64,000 nt of DNA from Callorhinchus milii (GCF_018977255.1 NW_024704743.1:35590001-35654000); one strand, 5' to 3'. Counted from the stretch's first letter, positions 1-12,262 are shown. A program made the numbers and translations. The notes: generated by a model from the sequence alone, not told the origin.

Positions 1-70
1 AGATGTTCACCTGTTTGAAGATCTGAGATGTTCACCTGTGTGAAGATCTGAGATGTTCACCTGTGTGAAG
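1..70. repeat. Minisatellite, 25-bp unit AGATGTTCACCTGTGTGAAGATCTG, at least 2.8 copies (runs off the window start)
   Basis: Units at 1-25, 26-50 and 51-70, with one mismatch. Confidence 0.95.
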
Positions 71-244
71 CTCGCTTTACAAATTCAAGTTGTTGTTATT
101 TCCCACGGCCTGGAATAAATGTATTCAGAATCCTTGCTCTCTAAAACAAAATGGTGTCAGGTTTTAGGGAAACATTTTTATTGCTTTTTCCATCCAGTGA
201 ATAAAGCATTCCTTAATAAAGGAATGTTGTTAATGAAAGATCGT

Positions 245-609
245 GGCGTCCTATAGCTCAGTGATTAGAGCATTCGCCTCACAAGTGAGAAACCTGCATT
301 CAATTCCTGGCAGGGCAAAATGATGGGCAAGTTTCTTTACTCCATACGCCTCAATTTACCTAGCAGTAAATAGGAACCCGGTTGTTAGTCGATTGACAGA
401 TCACTTTTCCAGGGTAATGATTCCTTGAAAAAAAATAAGTTTGTCACTCAATCCACGATTGTTTGTGGGGCACTGCTATGTGCAATTGGCTGCTGCATTT
501 CACCCACAAAATATACAATCAATTAACTTTACAGTATATTATGTGAAGCGCTTTGAGATGTATCAAAGACGTGATAAGGCGCTATATCAAATGCAAGGAT
601 TATTATTAT
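245..609 (+). mobile_element. SINE-A long form (tRNA head, Meta-like segment, Deu-like segment, L2-type tail)
   Basis: A/B-box head; TACCTAGCAGTAAATAGGAACCCGG segment; GTTTGTGGG..CTGCTATGTGCAATTGGCTGC; tail GGCGCTATATCAAATGCAAGG(ATT)n. Confidence 0.9.
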
Positions 610-1312
610 AATCAAATTATGAGGGGTTGTGATAGGGTGAACAAGGAGAAATTCTTTCCACCGGAAGATCAGTTGGTAACTATGGGACACCGATTGAAAA
701 TAGTTGCCATAAGAACCAGAGGGGAGATGAGGAGAAATATTTTCACACAGCGAGTTGTTTGGATCTGGAATGCATTGCCTGAAAGGGTGGTGGAAGCTGA
801 TTCAATAACAACTTTCAAGAGACTAGTAGATAGATATTTGGGAAGGGCAAATTTGCAGGGCTATGGGGAGAGCGCAAGGGAGTGGGATTAATTGGGACAG
901 CTCTTTCAAAGAGCTGGCACGGACACAATTGGCTGAATGGCCTCCTTTTAATAATAATAATAATAATCCTTGCATTTGATATAGCGCTTTTCACGTCGGG
1001 AGGACGTCCCAAAGCGCTTCACAGAATATACTATAAAGTGAATTGACTGTATATTTGTGGGCGAACGCGGCAGCCAATTGCGCACAGCAATGTCGTGGAT
1101 TGAAACAGTCGTGGATTGAAAATGACCAATTTATTATTGTTTTCTTTTTTTGGAGGGATTATTATTAGGCGTGTGGAGTAAGAAAACTTGCCCAAGGTTT
1201 CGCCCTGACCAGGAATTGAACTCAGGTCTCTCACTTGCAAAGCGAGTGCTCTAACCACTGAGCTACAGGACTCCACTTTGTGCTGTATAATTCTATGATT
1301 CTGTGATTCTAT
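610..1312 (+). mobile_element. CR1 LINE 3' fragment, interrupted in its tail by SINE-A 949-1274
   Basis: ORF 553-891 has CR1 C-terminal motifs (TMGHRLK, FTQRVVWIWNALP). The tail GAATGGCCTCCTTT..GTGCTGTATAATTCTATGATTCT resumes after the SINE, with CTTT on both sides. Confidence 0.9.
949..1274 (-). mobile_element. SINE-A short (young) form
   Basis: Head GGAGTCCTGTAGCTCAGTGGTTAGAGCACTCGCTTTGCAAG (TGC anticodon-like loop); tail GGGACGTCCTCCCGACGTGAAAAGCGC..(ATT)n. Confidence 0.95.
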
Positions 1313-2124
1313 GAAATTAATTTAATTTAGGAATACTGGGCGTTTTCAGGTCAGGCATTTGAATATATTAAAGTTGATCAACAGAATACTGGAATACTGG
1401 GGAATTTCCTATAAAGTATGTGTCTGATTCAAGTCCTGCTCTGCTGTTGTATAAAATTGAAGGGCTGTAATATTGGCAACCTATTGTTGTGTCTTAATCA
1501 CCAGGTTACTCAGTCATGTCCACAGTTCCATGTGAATCTGATAATGAGATGAGAGGCTGATTCTGCCCCATGTGAGTAAGGCTGTGAGGCCTGACTCAGG
1601 CTTTTATGCAGAAACACTGACCACTAAACACTGGTGAGCTTCTGTTACGTATTCAGAATGCGTTTTCCAGTTATAACGTCTTACCAAAATCATAGCTACC
1701 GTCAACAAGCAGCCCTTGTAAACCCCCAGCTGCTACGTGCTCTATTAGTTGCCACTCAGTTTCCTACTTCAAAGAGTTCTATTGACATGTATTTACTCAA
1801 GTTGAGTTCATTTTACTGTTGTAATTTTAAGCATAATTCCTTGAGTGAAATTTCTCCATACTGATACAGCAGCAAAAACAAATTGCATTTATATAGCATC
1901 TTTCACATCGATAGGATGTTCCAAGGCGCTGAACAATCAAGGGTTTGCCCTGAGCTGGATAGATGTGCCACTGACAGGCACAGCTGGCTGTACTGTTCTC
2001 AGGCAGTTGCACTTTTGGAGCGTTTTCAGGTCAGGCATTTGAATATATTAAAGTTGATCAACAGACTGAATAATATTAACATTGCCACAGTTACACAATC
2101 AGTGTAAATGTTTTCCTTCCATGC

Positions 2125-2525
2125 CCAATGCTCTCGCCTCTGAGTCAGAAGATTGTAGAGCCCAACATCGGGACTTGGAATCGATATAATCGGAGCTGAC
2201 ACTGCCATGGATTGCTGGGGTACGTTTCATTGTCCTTCGGATGAGACGTTAAACCGAAATCCCATCTCCTTGTCTTTGTGAACGTTAAAGATCCCATGAT
2301 CTTTCTTATTCATAAAGAGAAGGGAGTTTCTTCGAGTGTCCTGGCCAACCATCCCCAAATAAAACTAGTCTATGGCTGTTTGTGGGGCATTCTATGCACA
2401 AATTGACTGCTGTGTCTGCCCACAAAATACACTGTCATGCCACTTTCTAGTAGATACTGTAAAGTGCTTTGAGATGTCTTGATAACATGAAAAGGCTCTT
2501 TATCAAAAGCAAGAATTATTATAAT
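2125..2525 (+). mobile_element. SINE-B (tRNA head plus Deu domain, DeuSINE-like)
   Basis: CTCTGAGTCAGAAG head; GATGAGACGTTAAACCG..AAAGATCCCATG..GTCCTGGCCAAC; L2-type tail. Confidence 0.8.
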
Positions 2526-2720
2526 AAGACTTGTCCTACTCACCAAAGTTGGAATTACTCTGGAAAGTAAATCTGTCCAAATCTGATCTTGAAATTGCAT
2601 TTGTTCCTTTGCTCTATCTGACATACTACATAGAGCAACACAAATCTTTCAGTTGACTTTAGTTTTCCATTGGTTAGAGTTCACCTTGGGTAGAAAAAAA
2701 TCAACACTACAAATACTAAA

Positions 2721-2744
2721 CAGTCAGTCAGTCAGTCAGTCAGT
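2721..2744. repeat. (CAGT)n microsatellite
   Basis: Six CAGT units seen directly. Confidence 0.95.
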
Positions 2745-3807
2745 TAAAAATAATTTAGTACCCTAACTAATATTCTGATACTATTTAAATGTGGTGAATT
2801 CTGACTCCTAGTTAAGCACTTTGAGACGTGGAAGGCACTACATCAAATGCAAAGATCATTATCATCATAATAATAATCCTTGATTTTGATACAGCGCCGT
2901 ATTATCATTATCAAATAAATCACACAGATCAAGGGCTTCAACATGTAGGCAATGATTTGCTATTTGTTTTATTCAAAAGATGATATCAAAACAAAAGTAA
3001 ATCTCGTTTCACTATAAAATCAGACCCAAAAACACATGTCCATCCTTTTGTTTCACTGTATTTCATGTTGGTGCCCACACCTTCGTGCTGACCTTCACTT
3101 GAGCAACTTTCCTTGACATCCCATATGGCTCACTCTACCTCCTGCGGATTCAAAAAGATCAAGAATATTACAACTTATTCTGCCTATGTAACTGTTCCAA
3201 TCAAGATCTGGACATTATCTAGTCCCAAATAAGAACTAACCTATTCCTCCTCCCATTGAGGTACCAGTTAGACACAGTTAGAAAAACAAAATTACTTTTA
3301 TTGAAAGACAGAAAGGTAAGGTTTTGCTCTGTAACACCCTGGGCACATATCCGAAGCATTATCCAGTGAGCTTCTTGGATTTTTATTTCTAATCTGAGCT
3401 TTTTTTAGTTTTCCATCCAAGTGTGACGTCTGAAGGCAAGTAATTCCATAACCTGGCAGTCTCAGGTGTTACAGATTCTCAGGGCACCTCATAAGGTTCT
3501 GGATATCTGCTGTGCCCTTGGCTGGTTGTTGGGAGGGTAAATGTGACTATTTTTTTTCTCAGGTAGACAGTTCTGTTTTTAAAATAAACTTCCTTGTTGG
3601 CTGCTTGGTGAAAACATCTGTCCCCTACCTGGAGAGGAAAGGCTCTGCCAAATTTAGATCTCCTTTGGAATGTGAACAAAAATAAGGACATTTTTCAAAA
3701 AGAAAAATAGGTTTTAACTTAGAAGAGTGAAACGACACTACTTTACACATCTGGTGGATGTTCTACGATTTCTTGAGTCATTTCTGATCTGTTACTTACA
3801 TTGAGTT

Positions 3808-4218
3808 TGTCAGCCTGGCTCAGTTGGTAGCACTGTTTCTTCTGAGTCGGAAGGTTGTGTGTTCAAGCTCCACGTCAGAATTTTGAACTCACATAGTCTA
3901 TGCTGAGAATCAAATGCAGTGTTAAAAGTAGACTACGTTGTTGCTGTCCTTTAGATGAGACGTTAACTGAAGTCCTGTCTGCCTGTTCGGGACGTTAAAG
4001 GTCCCTTGGCACTATTCAAAAAGAGAAGGCAGTTTCTCCAGGTGGCCTGACCAACAATCACCCAGGTATAATAGCTTCATGGCTGTTTGTAGGAATTGCT
4101 GTGCGTAAATTTCCTGCTGCATTTGCCAACAAAATACAAAGTCACTCCAGTTTACAAGATATCCTATGAATGGGACATCTTCCTGTAAATGTACCAAATG
4201 TAAGGATTATTATTATTA
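3808..4218 (+). mobile_element. SINE-B (DeuSINE-like)
   Basis: GTCAGCCTGGCTCAGTTGGTAGCAC head; Deu core GTCTGCCTGTTC..GGCACTATT; tail (ATT)n. Confidence 0.85.
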
Positions 4219-6176
4219 CATTTGTTAATAATCAACCTGGACTTTCCTTTTCGTACAAAAATGTACTTTTTAGTTTATTCATGCACTTTGAGACACTTTT
4301 TCAAAGTTTTACAAAGAAATAAATAAGCTGTACATTACACTTATGTGTCATTCTAGGGAGTCTAAGAATCCGAATTGTGTAAATTGGAGTCTCCTTACAG
4401 TGACTGGATTTTTCCCTCTCTATTTCTGTATATTGAGATCAATTATAATGCCCTCACTATTCATTCCTCGTCTCCAGCTACTTCTGAGATCAGCTAAGCC
4501 ATAAACTGCTCGGACACCCAACTGCTCACTGGGTAAATCTGCTGAGTCATTGGTGGAATTGGTAGTAAATTTGGTACAGTTTTAGAAAGATATTCCCTCT
4601 GACTTTGGTGCTGTTAGATCCTGATTTTAGCAAAGCTCCTCTTGGAACATCTGTCACATGTATCTTTACAGAGGAATTAATAGAATGCCAAAATGCGCTC
4701 ACGGTGTGAAGATGTGGGGGTTGTGTATGGGGGCTGAAGAAAACCTTTTTTTAGTGATTGCTTGACTCATTGGTGAAAATGATGGAATGTGTTAATTGTA
4801 TTAGTCACAGACTGAATACTATGGGGTGTCTTAAGAGACAACACAGTGCTGTGTTATGCCAAATAACCTGCTACATTACGAGGAAATGCTACGGCCAGCT
4901 CTCTTGAGTTGTTTGAAAATCAAAATCCCATAACTCTATCTGATTGTTCCATTTGTGAAGCCACTGCAAGTGAATAAATGAGCTTTTCATTTAGGTAGGG
5001 CCTTGTAAAATGCAAATCAAACAGATTTCAAAGTCAACAAATCAGAGTGAAAAATGTGGATATCAAATCTGTTATGAAGCATAGCATTTTTAACCCATAA
5101 AAAATGATCCATTTTTGATGAAGCATGTTGTGGTATCATATTTCAGAATTCCTTGTTTGGTACTTTCCAGATGTGCTTCATCTAGTGCCAACCAACCTTG
5201 ACTGACTTAGTAAATGAATCCCAAGAAGGAATGGAACGAGTTCGATCCTCAACCTCTCCCCACTTCACATAGACAGGAGACAGGAGATTTCAAAGTCACA
5301 AATAAGATGTGCAATGATTACTGATGTGCAAATAACACAAATAAGATGTGCAATGATTAATGTCAACTGACATTTTTAAATAAAAAATAGTGAGTCCATT
5401 TTTTTTAAAAAAGGCAGTGCCTGTATTTACAAACTTGCATTGAAGCCAGTTGTGTAATGGTTCATTGGTTTGATAAGGTCGTGGGATTTGACAGTGTTTT
5501 TAAAAGTCTCTAGGTTTTTGCTTTAGTTCTTGCATCATCCTCAAGGTGGAATAACACCAGCTGGCCTTCAGTGTATAGATACTGATGTAGATCTAATCAC
5601 ATTAGAGCTTACTCTGCTCCAGGCAGTAAAGTCATAGTGGTCCTATGCACTCTACCCTTCAAATTATAACAAATCATAAGAACACCTTTCTCTTCAATCT
5701 AGTTGCAGTCTACTTTCTCTTCAGTCCTTCTTTCTGTTCCTTCTTGGCGTCAAACTGTTATTAATTGTTACTGAATGCATTTCCTCTAGTTTGATCTGTT
5801 TCCTCTAACCCTGTTTTTTCTTTAAAGCAAGGTTAAGGCTCTATTTTGAGATTTCCTTTTTCCTGTCCTTTTCTCTTGTGATTCGGCAACCGTTTCTTTT
5901 TATCTCTTCTTCCTTCTGAGACACTCTGGCCCATCTGCTTTTCCATCTCCATATGACTTTCCTTTTCAAGGAAAACTTCTAAATAAAACGCTCTAATGAA
6001 AGGAACCAGCAAAAGATGAAAATGAGGCAAGAATTAGAGTGATTGGTATATGGTATACAGAGAGAGTCCCCAAAGAGACAATATTCATACAATTTCAGTA
6101 TTTGATTTGGAGTAAATTCCCAATTCAGTTTCATTTCATTTTATTTTTCCTTTCTTTTGTTCCTTTCTTCTTTCAA

Positions 6177-6495
6177 GTCAGCCTGGCTTAGTCAGTAGCA
6201 CTCTCACTTCTAAGTTAGAAAGGTGCCACAATGGGACTTGAACTCACATAATCTAGGTTGATATTCTACCGCATTGCTGGTGGCGGGCATTGTCTGAGGA
6301 GATGTTCAGACGAGATGTTAAACCAAGGTCCCATCTGCCTGTTCGGGTTGATGTTAAAGATCCTGTGGAACTACTTGAATAGAGAAGGGAGTTTCACCTG
6401 GTATCCTGGCCAACAACCACCTCCTCAATGTGACATTGCTATGCTCAATTGGGCTGCCATGTTTGCCTACAAACACAGTAACTCCACTTCACAGT
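6177..6495 (+). mobile_element. SINE-B (DeuSINE-like), degenerate
   Basis: GTCAGCCTGGCTTAGTCAGTAGCAC head; ATCTGCCTGTTCGGGTTGATGTTAAAGATCC. Confidence 0.75.
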
Positions 6496-7644
6496 GAGGT
6501 GTCCTCCTGATCTCCTGATCTTTGGCTACCAGTACCAGACCTCTTGAATGATGGATCCACCTCCTGGCCCTTGCAGCACTTAGCATAAGCTTTTTGCTTT
6601 CCAATCTTCTGAGTTTGCTTCCCTATCTGACTTTGATTGTGAGAAAGGCTGAGGTGTCCCCTGACTGGACTGAGGGAATGGAGGAAAGAGTGACAGCTGG
6701 CCAGTTTGCAGACCCTCCTTCTGCTGGTTAAAGAGCGGCATTCAGAAGATCACATGATTGGTTTGGATTAATCTCATCCAGAATACTCACCCTACCATCT
6801 TCCCATCGCAGCATCAAGATATTTTTTTACATGAATCCAGTGTCACTGACATCAACCACCCCTTCAATTTGTTCCAGTCGTTAAGTATTCTCTGGGTAAA
6901 GTGATGGCAGCCTGGGAGTAAACAGTATCTCTAGGTGTCAGACCAGATAGAAAAAGAAACAGGGTGAACACACAAATATAATAATGACATCTTAAAAATA
7001 GAGTAAAACAAAATCCTGCATACAGCTAACAGCAAGGAGGGAAGATTAACATTACTCAGGAAAAAAATCCATATTTAAATCCAGCCAGCCCCGCAAAGGA
7101 GCATGACTGGACAGTGATATGGTGAAGCTTACATTGCACTTGTGTTTATTAGGAAACATTTACATGATAACAGTTTATTAAGTTCATCTGAAACAGGCAC
7201 ACACTTTCCTCTCATTGTTAAATGGGAGTAAAGCTTTTTTAATGGCTTTCTTGGATAAGACTAATGAAATTGTAAGACCATCAGCATTCTTTGTCAGTCA
7301 TTCTATTTTTGTTGGCGATAAAGGAAAAATCACAGTCAGTGACGCATCACCTGTGATACGCCTGACAATGGCTGCTATGCCCACGATATCACGCACAACA
7401 CTCCTCTGCACAATTCACTTCCGTCGTTGATGTGATAGTACAGCATGCCAGTCTGGCTCAGTTGGGAGTTCTCTTGCTTCTTTGTTGTGGATTCAAGATT
7501 GTGGAGTCAAGCCCCAAGCCAAGTCTTTGAGCTTACTATCTAGGCTAGCACTCCAAGTCGAGGAGGCACTATATCAAATACAGGGATTATTATAAAATGT
7601 TATCTAATGTTGAGGCATTAGTGGTCCAAAAATCTACCTAGGAA

Positions 7645-7900
7645 CACAGAAACACAAGTTCAGCCCTTCAAGTCTGTTCCACCATTTAATTAGATTATGG
7701 CTGATCTGTACCTCAACTATTTCTTTCAATTCCAATTTCCGCTTTCTCCCCATATCCCTTAATACCCTGACCTACCAAAAATCTATTAACCTCACTCTTG
7801 AAGGTGTGGATGGATCCAGCATCCACGGCCTTTTGGGGAGAGAATTTCAGATTTCTATCAGCCTTTAGGTGAAAAAATGCTTCCTGGTTTCAATCTTAAT
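7645..7900 (-). mobile_element. CR1 3' end
   Basis: CCCCATATCCCTTAATACCC..AATCTAT..GCATCCACGGCC pattern shared with 11475 and 23620; followed by a SINE-A tail fragment at 7900-7992 (+). Confidence 0.75.
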
Positions 7901-8126
7901 CTTTACAGTGTGTTCTATGAAGCGCTTTGGGACGTCCTCCCGACGTGAAAAGCGCTATATCAAATGCAAGGATTATTATTATTATATTATTATGATGCTC
8001 AAAACCTTACCCTGTAAGGCCACATTGTTTTAAAATTTAAGATGGCATAGAATTGTGGAACATTCTTCAAATTAAATTAGAAGTCTTTTTTAAAAAAAAT
8101 GCACCTTAAATTAGTAGTTAAGCTCG

Positions 8127-8570
8127 CTAACAACAACAACATCTTGTATTAATATAGCACCCTTCACATAAAGGTAACATCTCACAGTCTTCACAGGGAT
8201 TGTATTAAACAGCAAACAAGTGAGAGGGGGAGAGATAGATAGCCATAGTCTTGTTGAAAGAGGTAGAATTTGAGGTGCGACTTCAAGACAGAAAGAGAGG
8301 GCACGAGACAGAGTGCTGGAGGGAGGGAGTTCCAATGTTTAGGATGTAGGAACTGAAGGCTTGGCCACCGGTTGTGGCATGGAGAGGGCGGGGGAAACAC
8401 AGCAAGCCTGAGTTAGCTAAGTAGATGGGGTGGGTGGAGGAGTGGGGTAGGACGAGATCAGAGAGATAAGGAGCTGTCAGTGAGTGGATGAATTTATAGG
8501 TGAGGGTGAGAAACCTGAAACCAATCAACTGGGAAATAAGAATCAGTGGAGAGGACTGGGGCGATGGCCA
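8127..8570 (-). mobile_element. Older L2 LINE 3' fragment
   Basis: ORFs with LTAPYLSDL and GGQAFS motifs; (GTT)n tail. Confidence 0.8.
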
Positions 8571-8973
8571 CGATTAGTCTAACTTAGCCTTGATCAAAAT
8601 TATTCTCCTAAAGTCAGTGGTGTCAGTATGACAGTGTTCAGTCGATATGCATTCAGCAATTCAGTAATTTTCCTCATCTCATTCTGTAATTACTATCACT
8701 CTTCCTTCTCATATCCCAGCTTCACAACTGTCTAATTGAATATGACAGGACATATAACCCAAGGTTAGAGGGAAGGGGAGTTTCCATAAGGGTGTGTACA
8801 ATTCCAATTCCTGAGTAAGACATTAGCAATAATTCAGACCACACTTAGGAGTGAAACATCACTGACCTCATTCCAAAACCAGGTTCTGATATGTTTCAAA
8901 CAGACCGGAAAATCCATCCCAATTTTTCCTTTTGAAAGCGAATGTGTATGCTGGAGAGCTGTATAGTCAGCTT

Positions 8974-9294
8974 GGAGTCCTGTAGCTCAGGGGTTAGAGC
9001 ACTCGCTTTGCAAGTGAGAGACCTGAGTTCAATTCCAGGCAGAGGGCGAAATCTTGGGCAAGTTTCCTTACTCCACACTCCTAATAATAATCCCTCCAAA
9101 ACCAAAAACAATAATAAAATTGGTCATTTTCAATCTACGACTGTTTGTGGGACATTGCTGTGGGCAATTGGCTGCCGCGTTCGCCCACAAATATACAGTC
9201 AATTCACTTTACAGTGTGTTCTGTGAAGCACTTTGGGACGTCCTCCCGACGTGAAAAGCGCTATATCAAATGCAAGGATTACTATTATTATTAT
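8974..9294 (+). mobile_element. SINE-A short (young) form
   Basis: Closely matches the copies at 35550 and 61419. Confidence 0.95.
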
Positions 9295-9509
9295 AGTCAA
9301 CCACCCTGAGTGGGACGCAGATTGTACAAGTCTGAACTATTTGGCAGACAAGGGTGTGCATATAGTATTGCCTCAACCCAGCCAACAGCATCACCTCCAA
9401 GGATCTGCTCACCAGAGCCAATCCACAGCTTCATCCAGATGAGGCACTGACACACAGGAGTGGTGTTTGGCCCTCAGGGGTCCCATGTAAAGCTCAATTC
9501 AGGGGCCCC

Positions 9510-9780
9510 TGCCAGTGTTACCAGCGGTTGGAAGATTGGCAACCAATCTTAGTGAGCCGCTCTGGCAGCTCGGCTATTGGCTGGAGGGTGACCGGTATGG
9601 GTCCGGAGCTGCAGTGAGGTGTCCATCATGCCAAACCCCTCCACCCCTCTCGTGCTGTTTGCTCGACGCTGTTACTGTGGGCAGAGTGGCTCTGGTCGTG
9701 GAATGTTGGGATGGCGGAAGAGGCGCGAGCGGGAAATCGGCTTTCCCAGTGCCCGCGGCCTAAACTGAGCTGCAACCAAT
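9510..9780. promoter_or_regulatory. Short CpG-retaining segment with CCAAT, ETS-like and E2F-like motifs
   Basis: CpG excess over flanks; AAGATTGG-CAA-CCAATCTT palindrome at 9532-9550; GGCGGAAG; GCGGGAAA at 9729-9736. Confidence 0.35.
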
Positions 9781-11129
9781 TGTTGATAAGTGCTGTACTG
9801 TTCAAATTAACATTTTTAGTATTTTAAACATAACTATATGTTCAGGAAATACATGCCCATCGTTTTAATCCGGGTTGTTTCTCATACTGTGTCTCTCAAT
9901 AGCACTAATCAACCCACCAAAATGTTCCACAATTTTTGTCAAATATTTTCGCATTTTTCTTTTGGCCCAGGTTATCACATCACTAGGTGGTCTGCCATTT
10001 CCTCCCTGTTTTGGGAACTCACCCTCTCAGACGTTGAGCCTGTTCCACCTTATCATTTTCAACATGTCTGTTCCACATTTAACTATTGAACCAAACAGCA
10101 GCTGCTTTGTGCAAAACCACAAATAATCACAGACAGATAACAAACAGCTGCAAACACCAGACATCTAAAATGAAGTATTTAAAATATCTTTTCACACTAC
10201 CACTCATTCTTTACCCCTCCCTCCCTCCCTCCTCCAGTTCTGCTTCCCCCTCAGCTGAGGCCACCAGTCATGCTTTGAGAAACAGAAGTTTTAACACAGA
10301 AAGAGGCCATTTCACCCATTGTCTACGTGTTCATTTTAGTTTATTTTTTTCATTAATCCCACTTTCCAGCCCTTTCCCTATAAAACAAAGCACAAGCGCT
10401 TTTCCAATTCCCTATTGAATGATTTTATTGATCTACACTCCAAGGCCAATTTTGATAATGAATCGTAACAAAGCATCTGAATGAAGAAATGCTTTCTGTG
10501 TATTTGATAGCAAATGTGGTAGCCATTTGCTCAGAGCAATGTCCCACAAATAGCTATGAAATGAATGACCAATTTTATTTGGGGGATTGTTGGCCGGGAC
10601 GCTAGAAGGAATCCCCTTCTCTTTTCGAGCAGTGCCAAGGGATTTGCACACAATTTTGCTATGTTTCTGTCACTGTAGATTGCAGGAAGCAATGTGAAAG
10701 CAATGTGTGCTTTTTGACATGATAAGGTGCTGTACCAAATGCAAGAATTGTTATTTGTTCTTAACACAGCCCTCCTATAAATTAGTATAGGTACTCGGTT
10801 TCATTGGGAATCCAGGTCACTTGTTAAAACAAGCAGCTCATCGTAGACTGAAATTTCATGTGCTGCTCTATTTCCATCTCCAGTTAGTGGCGTGACCTGA
10901 TCCACTTCACTGTGGTGTCAATCAGTAAAATAATTGTATAATTCATGTAACGGAAGTTGCACGTGTGTGTTCATAGGATTTAAAATATAAACATTTCAAC
11001 TAGTTCAATAAATACTTGTGTAGAATTATATGTTCCCAACCCCACTCATAAAGAAGAAGCAAACCTGTTGACTGCCTTTGATAGTTTGTTTCCAGTGATT
11101 GAGGTATTTAAAATAAAATTTAAAAAAAG

Positions 11130-11410
11130 GAATTGACAGGCTAGATGGTGATGATTCTTCCCTCTGGTAGAGGAACATATTACAAGGGAAAATGGCCTTA
11201 AAATAAGAACCCAGACTGTTAGAACTGAGGTCAGGAAGCTTTTCTTTACACAGAGGTGGAATTGTCAGGGATACTTAAAAAAGAGATAGACAGATAGTTG
11301 GCTAGTATTGATATTATAGGGTATGGTGAAAGGAACAGACATTGGGATTTAAAACATCTGCCAAAATCTAACAAACTGGTGGAGATTGATGGGGAAATGG
11401 CCTCCTGTTG
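11130..11410 (+). mobile_element. CR1 3' fragment
   Basis: AGAACTGAGGTCAGGAAGCTTTTCTTTACACAGAGG; AAATGGCCTCCT tail. Confidence 0.75.
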
Positions 11411-12262
11411 TCATGACCGGCACTGCCTACCACCACCTCTGCAAAATTGCCAGACTCCGCCATTGCCTCACCCCTCAGGCTGCCGAAACCCTCACACATA
11501 ACATGTAGGAGCAGGAGTAGGCCATTTGACCCTTTGAACCTGCCCCGCCATTCAATCATGACTGATCTTCTAATCTAACTCCAGCTAATAACATAACCCT
11601 GCCTTATCCCCATATCCCTTAATCCTTTTTGCAATAAGAGTCCCACACATCCCACGCATTCATCACCTCGAGGCTTGATTATTGGAACTCCCTCCTCATC
11701 GGCCTTCCCAACTCTTCCCTTCACAAGCTGCAGATCATCCAAAACTCTGCAGCTCGTGTCCTCTCACGCACCAGGCTCCGTGACCCCATCACTCCCACCC
11801 TCGCCCGAATCCACTGGCTTCCCATCCCCCAGAGGATCGAGTTCAAGATCCTCATCCTCACCTTTAAAGCCATCCATGGCCTTGCCCCCTCCTACCTCTC
11901 TGACCTGCTGACTCCCTACCAACCTGCCCACTCCCTCCGTTCAGCGGGCTCCGGTCTGCTTCATGTCTCCCGCCCAACCCGCCCAACCATTGGTGGCCGG
12001 GCTTTCAGCCTCTCTGTCCCCACACTCTGGAACTCCATCCCACGGTCCCTTCACCTCGCTTCCTCCCTTGCCTCCTTCAAGGCCGGTCTCAAGACCCTTT
12101 TCTTCGACTGTGCCTTTGGTCTCCCTCCCACCTCTCTGCCTTCCCTCACCCCTACACCACCCCTCCCCCATGCTCGGGCCCCGACATGTGACTGTTCAGC
12201 ACTTTGGGACGTCCTCCCGATGTAAAAGGCGCTCTATAAATGTCATTTTGTTGTTGTTGTTT
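11411..12262 (+). mobile_element. L2 3' fragment with a nested antisense CR1 tail (about 11475-11640)
   Basis: L2 C-terminal motifs ([19 protein letters not shown]) in other frames; tail GGGACGTCCTCCCGATGTAAAAGGCGC..(GTT)n. Confidence 0.9.

Noticed and set aside
1..70. CRISPR-like array
   Set aside because: Contiguous tandem units without unique spacers, in a vertebrate context.
1031..1276. Recurrent MESCSSVVRALALQ small-protein family
   Set aside because: Translation of SINE-A copies; frames are not preserved between copies.
8974..9050. tRNA-Ala gene
   Set aside because: tRNA-like SINE head with no proper acceptor stem, always followed by the SINE body.
9340..9410. LF-SINE-like similarity (TGCCTCAACCC..CACCTC)
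   Set aside because: Too short to support without an HMM search.
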